A program made the translations under genes and the position numbers. The notes under the pieces were generated by a model that had not been told where the DNA came from, made no database searches, and worked only from the letters and a program-made list of their open reading frames with translations. A DNA stretch of 64,000 nt, taken from positions 20,460,001 through 20,524,000 of the forward strand of contig OZ024765.1 in assembly GCA_964016885.1 (NCBI GenBank), read 5' to 3'. This document shows, piece after piece, positions 1-12,600 of the stretch; position 1 is the stretch's first letter; every line of letters starts with the position of its first letter. Source of the stretch: Eledone cirrhosa (Eukaryota).

Positions 1-31
1 GCGTCCGACCCTCTACCGATACTGCCAATTC
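1..31 (-). mobile_element. 5' head of tRNA-derived SINE, truncated by window edge
   Basis: Reverse complement contains attggcagtatcggtagagggtcggacgc, identical to the SINE head at ~7617-7645. Confidence 0.75.
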
Positions 32-555
32 ATTAATTCATATTAATAATAATAATGTCCGTTTACAATTGTTTCGCTACTCCATATAATATTTCTGGAT
101 CAGATGATTATGTATCATAATTGATCTGGTTCAGTTGAAAATAATTAACATATTTAAAAAACAGAGTGGCTTATCGGAACTTCAAAGGAATATAAATTAA
201 AATAATGGGATAATGTTACATAATATAGTGTTCCATATATTGGTTTTTACTATGGTGCCTTGGTTGCATCAGTTGTCAGCCATAATCAAGCAGTATTCAT
301 CTGTCGAGGCTGCATTATGTGAGATCTGCCTATGGGTAACAATATGGCTGCCAAAGGGCATATTTACCTTACTAATTAGAGGGTGGTTTCAGGGGAAGTA
401 ACTTCTAGAGTGATTAGAAATTGTGAGTGTTTATAGTTAAGTGCTAATTTTTAAATTTTTTAATTGAGAAACAATGTAGGGGAGGTAACTTATAATTATC
501 GAGTTGTTCATAGCAATTTAACTTATTAGCTACAAGTAAAAATGGGGCTACATGA

Positions 556-975
556 CTAAGTTGGGTCAAAAATTCTATTGGCGAAGGAATTAGCCCTTCG
601 ATGTTGACAGCTAATGGTTACCTCCGTTCTATCGTTAATCGGTAGAGGTCGTGATAGAGTTATGTAATGTGCTTCCGTAACACAGAGATCACAAGATTTT
701 CCTCATCCATTGAACGGTTGGGCCCTAGCCACGATATCCCACTTTAGTGAGTGTTGAACGTTGTTTAATTTAAGGTTTTTAATGAGCCTAGCTAGCGATG
801 TCGAACATCTGTTGCTAGGGTCTCGGAAGGAAAAAGAGTGCGCATTATAGCGTACCTTAAAAGGGTTAGAGGTAGACCCGATATAAGAGCTGGTATTCGA
901 AGCAGTCTCAACCGTGCACCTATAGACTATGTTGGGTGTCAGGCAGTGTCCATATTTAATGGGCATGCATCAAAC
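556..975 (-). mobile_element. Penelope-like element remnant, GIY-YIG endonuclease C-terminal domain (pseudogenised)
   Basis: ORF 703..966 reads CLTPNIVYRCTV...YIGSTSNPFKVRYNAH...TSLA..I..LK...LKWDIV. It continues past an in-frame TGA as GKSCDLCVTEA...NDRTEVTISCQHR to a TAG at 556-558, with a frameshift near the CPLNGHCL motif. Confidence 0.85.
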
Positions 976-1107
976 TCAATTCAAAAAGAATCAGGATATA
1001 GATTCATCCACAGAATTTGGTGAAATCCAGGGAAAAATCAATAGAGCCTTAACTCAGAATAAAATAAAGTTTAAAATACTCATCCTTCAATTTGGAAAAA
1101 CTACAAT

Positions 1108-1184
1108 GCTCTGTATAGTCTTAAAGACTATTTCACGAAACTTTCAGTGGGATGGTCACGGTTGGAGTCGATCATCAGCAGAGC
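1108..1184 (-). ncRNA. Type I hammerhead ribozyme motif, probably from a Penelope pseudo-LTR
   Basis: Minus strand: GCUCUG-CUGAUGA-UCGA...UUCGU-GAA-AUAGUC-UUUAA-GACUAU-A-CAGAGC. Stem I and stem III are 6 bp, the core is intact, the cleavage triplet is AUA, and stem II is imperfect with a U-U closing pair. Confidence 0.75.
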
Positions 1185-1304
1185 TGAAAGACACGATAAC
1201 CAAAGTACCACTGTTTATAATATGCCAAAAAGGGAATTTAAAAGCAGGCTAGTTCAACATCATGCGTAATTATGAAGAAAAACGCACATGTACAGACAGA
1301 GATA

Positions 1305-1519
1305 CAGGGTGTTCCCCAAAAATGTATACACACTTGAACATAAAAAAAATACCTTAAAGTAAATTCTGTTTATATGTATTTAAATTACATAAACATTTTT
1401 GTGTGTTTACATACAACTGAATGATCTGGAGATCATTTCATTTTGGGGAAAGACTGCATTCTTATAAATATTGCTTGTACAGGTAACCAAAGTGTGTATA
1501 CATTTTTGGGGACACCCTG
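1305..1519. mobile_element. Tc1/mariner-type MITE, ~215 bp
   Basis: TIRs CAGGGTGTTCCCCAAAAATGTATACACACT / AGTGTGTATACATTTTTGGGGACACCCTG, flanked by TA on both sides. Confidence 0.85.
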
Positions 1520-1585
1520 TATATATATATATATGTTATGGAATACTGTTAGCTTCTCGCTACAACAATTTCTATACCTTTCATT

Positions 1586-1626
<41 letters not shown>

Positions 1627-1636
1627 ACATACACAC
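1586..1636. repeat. (TA)n(TG)n microsatellite
   Basis: Direct observation. Confidence 0.9.
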
Positions 1637-2234
1637 AATTTCCTTTCCCCGACATCTGTCTTACAGTCAACTGAGGTTTTCATTACAATATTTCGTATAA
1701 CGGCGATTTCTCTCAGAACATCTGCCTGTTACCAGTCATCTATGGGCAATCTTATATTATTTTAGACTACATATCAACTTTACACAGATACATATATTTT
1801 CTATCGAATCTGTGGCTAAAGGCATAAAGTCAGCTTTACTACTTCATTCTCATCATGGCTTTAGAATATACAAGAACTTTAATGTTGTAGAATGAAGTCG
1901 ATAAATTAGATAAAATCGTACATTCATTGTTGGAATCTGAAGACGGTAAGTTGATAAATATTTGCGAAGCATTTTGAAAGTGAAATTTGTTTTTTTAAAA
2001 ATGTATTTGTTTTGACCGAATAATGGCCTCAAAATCCGTCGTAAATTACTCTTTTTCTGAGGGTACGCAGCAACACCCAAGAACTGCTGGTTCACTCAAA
2101 TATGTTCTTAAACTGGTCACTGAAAGGAGGGCTAACGATAAAAGGAATCATTTCTGAAGGGTTTGAAGGTTAACTTCGATGAAAAGACATCAAAGACAAT
2201 AGGAATAACAAACTTCACTTCCAAATGCGGATGT

Positions 2235-2512
2235 CGAGGGCTGGTTGAAAGGTTCATAGGCTGACTATGAAAGAGTGATGCTAGAGCTGTGAAATCTTGC
2301 TTGCATTAATCTCAACTCTTATTAATAACTGCATTGTTTCTTTCTAGGAGCTATGTTGAAAAATAAACCTCATTTGATCATTCCATGAGAGTATCTTCGT
2401 AAGCTTACTTTTCAACATAGTCGCAGGAAAGAAACATTGCATTTATTGATAAGAAGAGTTGAAATTAATGCATGCAAGATTTCACAGCCCTAGCATCACT
2501 TCTTCATAGTCA
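2235..2512. mobile_element. Palindromic mariner-like MITE, right terminus truncated
   Basis: Begins CGAGGG; ~100-bp imperfect inverted arms (gactatgaaagagtgatgctagagctgtgaaatcttgc... / ...gcaagatttcacagccctagcatcacttcttcatagtc). Confidence 0.7.
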
Positions 2513-2684
2513 CGTGAGTATATATATATACATATATATATAAAAATGTGAAATCATTTTGGTGGTTTGAGAGCTGATGAGAGTGTGTGTAAACTTGTCT
2601 TGTACATCATCTTTATTTCCATCTTCCAGTCACTTGTGTGCACCAGTGCATATCTCCTTGTCCTCCTCTTCTTTCAATCTTTTC

Positions 2685-5600
2685 TATATATCATCTGCCT
2701 GTCACCCACCTTGTGGTTTGTCTCTCTGTTGACCACTGGCTGTTGGTCTCTGTTCTCTGAGACATTATATATCATCTACCTGTCACCTACCTTGTGGTTT
2801 GTCTCTCTGTTGACCACTGGCTGCTGGTCTCTGTCCTCTGAGACATTATATATCATCTACCTGTCACCTACCTTGTGGTTTGTCTCTCTGTTGACCACTG
2901 GCCACTGGTCTCTGTCCTCTCAGACATTATATATCATCTGCCTGTCACCCACCTCATGGATTGTCTCTCTGTTGACAACTGGCCACTGGTCTCTGTCCTC
3001 TGAGACATTATATATCATCTACCTGTCACCCACCTCATGGATTGTCTCTCTGTTGACCACTGGCCACTGGTCTCTGTCCTCTGAGACATTATATATCATC
3101 TGCCTGTCACCCACCTCATGGATTGTCTCTGTTGACCACTGACTGTTGGTCTCTGTCCTCTGAGACATTATATATCATCTACCTGTCACCCACCTCATGG
3201 ATTGTCTCTCTGTTGACCACTGGCCACTGGTCTCTGTCCTCTGAGACATTATATATCATCTGCCTGTCACCCACCTTGTGGTTTGTCTCTGTTGACCACT
3301 GGTCACTGGTCTCTGTCCTCTGAGACATTATATATCATCTACCTGTCACCCACCTTGTGGTTTGTCTCTGTTGACCACTGGTCACTGGTCTCTGTCCTCT
3401 GAGACATTATATATCATCTACCTGTCACCCACCTTGTGGTTTGTCTCTCTGTTGACCACTGACCGCTGGTCTCTGTCCTCTGAGACATTATATATCATCT
3501 ACCTGTCACCCACCTTGTGGATTGTCTCTCTGTTGACCACTGGCCACTGGTCTCTGTCCTCTGAGACATTATATATCATCTACCTGTCACCCACCTTGTG
3601 TTTTGTCTCTGTTGACCACTGACCGCTGGTCTCTGTTGACCACTGACCGCTGGTCTCTGTCCTCTGAGACATTATATATCATCTACCTGTCACCCACCTT
3701 GTGGATTGTCTCTCTGTTGACCACTGGCCACTGGTCTCTGTCCTCTGAGACATTATATATCATCTACCTGTCACCCACCTTGTGTTTTGTCTCTGTTGAC
3801 CACTGACCGCTGGTCTCTGTTGACCACTGACCGCTGGTCTCTGTCCTCTGAGACATTATATATCATCTACCTGTCACCCACCTTGTGGTTTGTCTCTGTT
3901 GACCACTGACTGTTGGTCTCTGTCCTCTGAGACATTATATATCATCTACCTGTCACCCACCTTGTGGATTGTCTCTCTGTTGACCACTGGCCACTGGTCT
4001 CTGTCCTCTGAGACATTATATATCATCTACCTGTCACCCACCTTGTGTTTTGTCTCTGTTGACCACTGACCGCTGGTCTCTGTTGACCACTGACCGCTGG
4101 TCTCTGTCCTCTGAGACATTATATATCATCTACCTGTCACCCACCTTGTGTTTTGTCTCTGTTGACCACTGACCGCTGGTCTCTGTTGACCACTGACCGC
4201 TGGTCTCTGTCCTCTCAGACATTATATATCATCTACCTGTCACCCACCTTGTGGTTTGTCTCTGTTGACCACTGGTCACTGGTCTCTGTCCTCTGAGACA
4301 TTATATATCATCTACCTGTCACCCACCTCATGGATTGTCTCTCTGTTGACCACTGGCCACTGGTCTCTGTCCTCTGAGACATTATATATCATCTACCTGT
4401 CACCCACCTTGTGGTTTGTCTCTGTTGACCACTGGTCACTGGTCTCTGTCCTCTCAGACATTATATATCATCTGCCTGTCACCCACCTCATGGATTGTCT
4501 CTCTGCTGACCACTGGTCACTGGTCTCTGTCCTCTCAGACATTATATATCATCTACCTGTCACCCACCTTGTGGTTTGTCTCTGTTGACCACTGGTCACT
4601 GGTCTCTGTCCTCTCAGACATTATATATCATCTGCCTGTCACCCACCTCATGGATTGTCTCTCTGCTGACCACTGGTCACTGGTCTCTGTCCTCTCAGAC
4701 ATTATATATCATCTACCTGTCACCCACCTTGTGGTTTGTCTCTGTTGACCACTGGTCACTGGTCTCTGTCCTCTCAGACATTATATATCATCTGCCTGTC
4801 ACCCACCTCATGGATTGTCTCTCTGCTGACCACTGGTCACTGGTCTCTGTCCTCTCAGACATTATATATCATCTGCCTGTCACCCACCTCATGGATTGTC
4901 TCTCTGCTGACCACTGGCCACTGGTCTCTGTCCTCTGAGACATTATATATCATCTACCTGTCACCCACCTTGTGGTTTGTCTCTGTTGACCACTGGTCAC
5001 TGGTCTCTGTCCTCTCAGACATTATATATCATCTACCTGTCACCCACCTTGTGGTTTGTCTCTGTTGACCACTGGTCACTGGTCTCTGTCCTCTGAGACA
5101 TTATATATCATCTACCTGTCACCCACCTTGTGGTTTGTCTCTCTGTTGACCACTGGTCACTGGTCTCTGTCCTCTGAGACATTATATATCATCTACCTGT
5201 CACCCACCTTGTGGTTTGTCTCTGCTGACCACTGACTGCTGGTCTCTGTCCTCTGAGACATTATATATCATCTACCTGTCACCCACCTTGTGGTTTGTCT
5301 CTGTTGACCACTGGTCACTGGTCTCTGTCCTCTGAGACATTATATATCATCTGCCTGTCACCCACCTCATGGATTGTCTCTCTGCTGACCACTGGTCACT
5401 GGTCTCTGTCCTCTCAGACATTATATATCATCTACCTGTCACCCACCTTGTGGTTTGTCTCTGTTGACCACTGACTGTTAGTCTCTGTCCTCTGAGACAT
5501 TATATATCATCTACCTGTCACCCACCTTGTGAGTTGTCTCTCTGTTGACCACTGGTCACTGGTCTCTGTCCTCTGAGACATTATATATCATCTACCTGTC

Positions 5601-6214
5601 ACCCACCTTGTGGTTTGTCTCTCTGTTGACCACTGACCGCTGGTCTCTGTCCTCTGAGACATTATATATCATCTACCTGTCACCCACCTTGTGGTTTGTC
5701 TCTGTTGACCACTGACCGCTGGTCTCTGTCCTCTGAGACATTATATATCATCTACCTGTCACCCACCTTGTGGTTTGTCTCTGTTGACCACTGGTCACTG
5801 GTCTCTGTCCTCTGAGACATTATATATCATCTACCTGTCACCCACCTTGTGGTTTGTCTCTGTTGACCACTGACCGCTGGTCTCTGTCCTCTGAGACATT
5901 ATATATCATCTAACTGTCACCCACCTTGTGGGTTGTCTCTCTGTTGACCACTGACTGCTGGTCTCTGTCCTCTGAGACATTATATATCATCTACCTGTCA
6001 CCCACCTTGTGGGTTGTCTCTCTGTTGACCACTGGTTACTGGTCTCTGTCCTCTGAGACATTATATATCATCTACCTGTCACCCACCTTGTGGGTTGTCT
6101 CTCTGTTGACCACTGGCCACTGCTCTCTGTTCTCTGAGACATATATCATCTACCTGTCACCCACCTTGTGGTTTGTCTCTGTTGACCACTGACCGCTGGT
6201 CTCTGTTCTCTGAG
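2685..6214. repeat. Minisatellite with 81/79-bp unit (~43 copies), some with an extra ~23-bp internal duplication
   Basis: Unit tatatcatct(a/g)cctgtcacccacct(tg/ca)tgg(t/a)ttgtctc(tc)tgttgaccactg..c.ctggtctctgtcctct(g/c)agacatta repeated head-to-tail. Confidence 0.97.
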
Positions 6215-7486
6215 GCATTTTTGCCCATCACTGTCTTTGACAGCATTTGGCTATTTTAACGGCTGTTCCAGCGATGTGTTTTCACATTTTTATATATACA
6301 CTAGATCACGGGTGGTCTAGTTGTTACCTCTCTTAGAGATTCTTTCCATTTTATCTCGTCGGAATTAATATTGTCTCATATTTATGTTGTTACACTTTGT
6401 TCAAAAGAATATATATGTGGGTGTCTGTGACCTATATTCACTGGTCACAGACACACACATATATATACACACACACACTTAGAAGCCCTTCCTATTTAGC
6501 AGGAAATATTCACTACACACATCCTGTCCTAACACAAGTTATAAGATACATATGACTTAATATTCAGTCACCAAATTCGAGTTAGATACAGTAATGCTGT
6601 ATTGGATTCTTTGAAGTTACCTGTTATAATTTCATTCAACAACACCACCAGCTTTCTCTCTTCCATTTTTCTTCTCGTCTCTCTCTCTGTCTTTATTTCA
6701 ATCTGCTCTCTCACAACCACTATCTCTTTCTCTCTACCTTTCTGTCTCTCTATGAATTTTGCCAGTCTGTCACAGGGTCAATCTTTCTGTCTCCTTCTTC
6801 TCACGGAGCTGTTGGCTATTTATGAAGGTACCCGGAAAAACCCCGTATCTCAGGAACCCATGCTCCACTTTACACTTGTGATGTGATGTGGAATAGATTG
6901 TTGCATTTGGGAGTGAATTGATGGTAGTTTTTGTTTTTATTACTCCACCTTTTTTTTATTTTCATTTCTCTTTCTCCTGCTCTGATCGTGTATTTTGGTG
7001 CGTTGAGGTTCCTAGCAATGGTTAATTGTATTTGCTGTATCTGTTTATATTTTCATTCTGGTGGAATTGTGAACAGTTTGTAATAATTTTTTAATTCGAA
7101 TAAAATTTTAACATCACAGATAAAAGAAAAAAAATATTTTAAAAAGAGTTATTTCCCCTGAAATATTGTTACACGCAAAGTTTTTTAATGTCAGCCATTG
7201 TTTAGTACACGGGTCTATTAAATGGTCGATTATAATTTATAATTGGTCTTTATTGTGATATAATTAGAATTCATTACTGATTATCTGTGTAAAGATGCAG
7301 AAACAACATTATTATATTTAAGCTAGAAACATTAATCAACGTTTGTTTTAACATCTAGATGTCTTGAAGCTGTCATTCATTGTCCAGTTTGTCTTAAGTT
7401 CTGACAATTTCAACATATTGTAAACATATCTTTTTACTTTTATCACACCCTCCGTATTAAATATGTAAGTACCATGTACCTATGTA

Positions 7487-7593
7487 CTTATGGGGTCGAT
7501 AAAATAAAGTACCAGTAATGTACTGGAGTTGATTTAATCGACACCCCACCCCCAAATTTGCTGGCATTGTATCTAAATCAGAAACCATTATTA
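7487..7593 (+). mobile_element. 5'-truncated SINE (central domain and 3' tail)
   Basis: ggggtcgataaaataaagtaccagt...ctggcattgtatctaaatcagaaaccattatta, homologous to the adjacent full SINE. Confidence 0.7.
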
Positions 7594-7606
7594 GTACAGA
7601 ATTTGA

Positions 7607-7797
7607 AGGGTGGTGGATTGGCAGTATCGGTAGAGGGTCGGACGCCATGCTCTCCAGCATAGTTACGTCCCTTTACGATCTGAGTTCAAATCCCGCCGAG
7701 GTTGACTTTGCCTTTCATCCTTATGGGGTCGATAAAATAAAGTACCAGTAATGCACTGGGTAATTGCTGGCCTTGTGCCTAAAGTAGAAACAATTAT
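7607..7797 (+). mobile_element. tRNA-derived SINE with conserved central domain (Meta-domain-like)
   Basis: A box TGGCAGTATCGG (7619), B box GAGTTCAAATCC (7682), central gactttgcctttcatccttatggggtcgataaaataaagtaccag, ATT-type tail. Confidence 0.8.
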
Positions 7798-8589
7798 TGT
7801 AAATATATCTCTTTACCTTCATCTCTTCAATATATTGTTACATCTTCCGTATTAAATATGTAAAGTATTATATTTCTATTTTATTGCAAACATATCTCTT
7901 TACCTTCACCTTTTTATTTCGATATGTTCAGTGAGATAAAGAAAAAAAAAAAGAAACTTTACGAAAGTAATGATGCTGTTTTAATACTTCAAATTCTCCG
8001 TTTTCCACTCATCACTCCATTCCAGGTTTTGTTATTTCTTACGACTGAACATCGACAGAAAGAAAAGGTTTGTATTTTTAAACCCGTCTTATTTAGGCCG
8101 TATATTTCTACTATATCGAGCAAAGCCATTCCCGTAATGGTATCAGGTCCTTGTCTTCTTTCCTACTTATTAACACTTTGGTTTTAAGGAGATTTGTTGT
8201 TGCTGAAAACTACAGCTACGATTCTTGTATTTTGTATTTTATTTTAGTTTTATTATTTCTAATCATCCCACTCTCTCAATTAATGATTGTATTCCTATAA
8301 TAATATATATTAAAAATGAACTACATGATGCTTGGTGAGCTGACAGAATGGTGCCATATCCAACCTTCCTACCCCCTTTCTATCACATTCCTATCTGTCT
8401 GTCTACCTTTCTCATTCTAATGAACTGAATGGCTTCATTGGGTAGACGCCACCTTCCCATCTTTGCATGACCTGGATAGATGTGGGCTGTATAAGCCACT
8501 GGGATGTCGGCTTGTCAAGGAGAACAGTGACTCTGAATAAAAACTAATATAGGGTGGGGAGGGCCCTTGAGTTAGGTCTGACGACATCT

Positions 8590-8670
8590 CGAATGTTGGT
8601 GGCACCAAGAACACACCCAGTTCACACTGCAAAGTGTTTGTGATAGGAAGGGTATCCAGTCAGAAAGTCT
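8590..8670 (+). mobile_element. Decayed SINE/RTE-type tail fragment
   Basis: cacactgcaaagtgtttgtgataggaagggtatccagtcagaaa resembles the 'taggaagggcatccagc' segment of widespread invertebrate SINEs (recalled, not searched). Confidence 0.4.
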
Positions 8671-8873
8671 CTGCTAAATATGAAAGCAAATATCATACTG
8701 CATATATATCTTGGAAGATTGAATTGGATTAGTTCCATTGTTCAGGTAAAGTTTTATATTTACAATTTATTAATGTAGAAATATAGTAAAAATCTCAAGT
8801 TTGAATCACTATATTTTATATATCTTCTATATGTTAGATAAATATAAACATTTTAAGCAGGATTTTTTTTTAA

Positions 8874-9075
8874 CCATTTAGCATTTAAACCAGCCATATC
8901 TGGCCAAAATCTCACCTCTTTCTGTTCAAACTGACAGTAAGTGGCTGCTCATACTGATATTAAGGTATTGTTCTTAAAATAAATATCAAAATCTCATAGA
9001 TTTGATATTATGTGAGATAAATCCTTTACCATGAAAATATAATAGTATATATAGAGTAATGTAAATGCTAAAGGG
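8874..9075. mobile_element. piggyBac-like MITE
   Basis: TTAA-CCATTTAGCATT ... AATGCTAAAGGG-TTGA, i.e. short TIRs and a degenerate TTAA target. Confidence 0.55.
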
Positions 9076-9094
9076 TTGAACATCAAATTGCTAC

Positions 9095-9160
9095 GGGGGT
9101 CCACCATAGTAAAATAAGAATCAAAGAGCTCCATAGGTAAAATAAGGTTGATAACCACTG
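9095..9160. mobile_element. hAT-like MITE terminus
   Basis: Ends ...aaggttgataaccactg, the reverse complement of a CAGTGGTT-type hAT TIR. Confidence 0.4.
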
Positions 9161-9627
9161 TTTTGTGTTAGATAAATATAAACACTTTAAACCAGCTTTA
9201 AATATCCTGAATATCTTATACTGTTTCTCTATTATTTCAGAATATCGGATGACATCAACATTAAAGTATTTTCTATACCAGAAACATTAATATTTATTTC
9301 TCATGTTTTAAAGACTATACAGAATACATATGACCCTGTCTATTTATTAAATCTATAAATTACTGTGAACTATTTCATTTCAACTGAGATTATTTCCAAC
9401 ATTTCTCTACTTTACTGTCTGGAATGTGTTGAAGTTGACTTTGTATTGTGATTAAACTTGCATAAATTAGATAAATTTACAAAGGAGTTTGTAACATCTT
9501 TTGACATCAAGATCAAAGTTAATGGAAATATAGCAGAAAGAATATTTCTTAAGAATAAATTATAAAAAAGAGGTAATGTTGGTTCAAAAGAATTTAAGAC
9601 TTACCTGAATACATTTTTGGTGAGGAG

Positions 9628-12600
9628 ATGGCGAATGGACAAAAGAAATCACCATACCACTGCAATATCTGTAAAAAATCATTCTCTCAAAAACATAACT
9701 TAACTCTTCAAAGCGTGTTCATATGGAGAGAAACCATATCACTGGGATATCTGTGGTAAATCATTCTCTGGAAGAGCTAACCTGACTTCTCACACATGTA
9801 CACACACAGGAGAGAAACCATATGATTGTGCTATCTGTGGTAAATCATTCTCCGTAAGAGCTAACCTGATTTCTCACAAGCGTGTTCATACAGGAGAGAA
9901 ACCATATGATTGTGCTATCTGTGGTAAATCATTTTCTAAAAGAAATAGCTTAAATGTTCACAAGCGTCTTCATACAGGAGAGAAACCATATCACTGTGAC
10001 ATCTGTGGTAAATCATTCTCTGGAAATAAAGACTTGACTAGTCACACACGTATTCATACAGGAGAGAAACCATATCACTGTGAAATCTGTGGTAAATCAT
10101 TCTCTCAAAAGGGTACCTTCATTAGACACAAACGCATACATACAGGGCAAAAACCATATCACTGTGATATGTGTGGTAAATCATTCTCTGGAAGAAATAA
10201 CCTGACTTATCATATACGTACAGATACAGGAGAGAAACCTTATCACTGTGATATATGTGGTAAATCATTCTCTGTAAGTAACCAGCTAACTACTCACAAG
10301 CGTGTTCATACAGGAAGAGAGAAACCATATCACTGTGATATATGTGGTAAATCATTCTCTGTAAGCAAAGACTTGACTGTTCACAAACGTACACATACAG
10401 GAGAGAAACCATATCACTGTGATATATGTGGTAAATCATTCACTGCAAGTGACCAGCTAACTACTCACAAACGTAAACATACAGGAGAGAAACCATATCA
10501 CTGTGATATATATGGTAAATCATTCTCTGTAAGTAACCAGCTAACTACTCACAAACGTACACATACAGGAGAGAAACCATATCACTGTGATATATGTGGT
10601 AAATCATTCTCTGTAAGCAAAGACTTGACTGTTCACAAACGTACACATACAGGAGAGAAACCATATCACTGTGATATATGTGGTAAATCATTCTCTGTAA
10701 GTAACCAGCTAACTACTCACAAACGTACACATACAGGAGAGAAACCATATCACTGTGATATATGTGGTAAATCATTCTCTGTAAGCAAAGACTTGACTGT
10801 TCACAAACGTACACATACAGGAGAGAAACCATATCACTGTGATATATGTGGTAAATCATTCTCTGTAAGTAACCAGCTAACTACTCACAAACGTACACAT
10901 ACAGGAGAGAAACCATATCACTGTGATATATGTGGTAAATCATTCTCTGTAAGTAACCAGCTAACTACTCACAAACGTACACATACAGGAGAGAAACCAT
11001 ATCACTGTGATATATGTGGTAAATCATTCACTGCAAGTGACCAGCTAACTACTCACAAACGTAAACATACAGGAGAGAAACCATATCACTGTGATATATG
11101 TGGTAAATCATTCTCTGTAAGTAACCAGCTAACTACTCACAAACGTACACATACAGGAGAGAAACCATATCACTGTGATATATGTGGTAAATTATTCTCT
11201 GTAAGCAAAGACTTGACTGTTCACAAACGTACACATACAGGAGAGAAACCATATCACTGTGATATATGTGGTAAATCATTCTCTGTAAGCAAAGACTTGA
11301 CTGTTCACAAACGTACACATACAGGAGAGAAACCATATCACTGTGATATATGTGGTAAATCATTCACTGCAAGTGACCAGCTAACTACTCACAAACGTAA
11401 ACATACAGGAGAGAAACCATATCACTGTGATATATGTGGTAAATCATTCTCTGTAAGTAACCAGCTAACTACTCACAAACGTACACATACAGGAGAGAAA
11501 CCATATCACTGTGATATATGTGGTAAATCATTCTCTGTAAGCAAAGACTTGACTGTTCACAAACGTACACATACAGGAGAGAAACCATATCACTGTGATA
11601 TATGTGGTAAATCATTCTCTGTAAGCAAAGACTTGACTGTTCACACAAGTACACATACAGGAGAGAAACCATATCACTGTGATATATGTGGTAAATCATT
11701 CTCTGTAAGCAAAGACTTGACTGTTCACAAACGTACACATACAGGAGAGAAACCATATCACTGTGATATATGTAGTAAATCATTCTCTGTAAGCAAAGAC
11801 TTGACTGTTCACAAACGTACACATACAGGAGAGAAACCATATCACTGTGATATATGTGGTAAATCATTCTCTGTAAGTAACCAGCTAACTACTCACAAAC
11901 GTAAACATACAGGAGAGAAACCATATCACTGTGATATATGTGGTAAATCATTCTCTGTAAGTAACCAGCTAACTACTCACAAACGTACACATACAGGAGA
12001 GAAACCATATCACTGTGATATATGTGGTAAATCATTCTCTGTAAGCAAAGACTTGACTGTTCACAAACGTACACATACAGGAGAGAAACCATATCACTGT
12101 GATATATGTAGTAAATCCTCTGTAAGCAAAGACTTGACTGTTCACAAACGTACACATACAGGAGAGAAACCATATCACTGTGATATATGTGGTAAATCAT
12201 TCTCTGTAAGAAAAGACTTGACTGTTCACAAACGTACACATACAGGAGAGAAACCATATCACTGTGATATATGTGGTAAATCATTCTCTGTAAGTAACCA
12301 GCTAACTACTCACAAGCGTGTTCATACAGGAAGAGAGAAACCATATCACTGTGATATATGTGGTAAATCATTCTCTGTAAGCAAAGACTTGACTGTTCAC
12401 ACAAGTACACATACAGGAGAGAAACCATATCACTGTGATATATGTGGTAAATCATTCTCTGTAAGCAAAGACTTGACTGTTCACAAACGTACACATACAG
12501 GAGAGAAACCATATCACTGTGATATATGTGGTAAATCATTCTCTGTAAGCAAAGACTTGACTGTTCACAAACGTACACATACAGGAGAGAAACCATATCA

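Noticed and set aside
58-110. Third hammerhead (minus strand CGAAACAATTGTA with palindromic minimal stem III)
   Set aside because: The CUGANGA core and the stem I partner are missing; at most a remnant
2567-6192. Hydrophobic repeat ORFs on + strand (SLLTTGHWSLSSETLYIIYLSPT...)
   Set aside because: By-product of a stop-free 81-bp unit; repeatedly frameshifted by 79-bp units, and starts are mostly TTG
2685-6214. CRISPR-like array
   Set aside because: No unique spacers; whole units repeat, the context is eukaryotic and there are no cas genes
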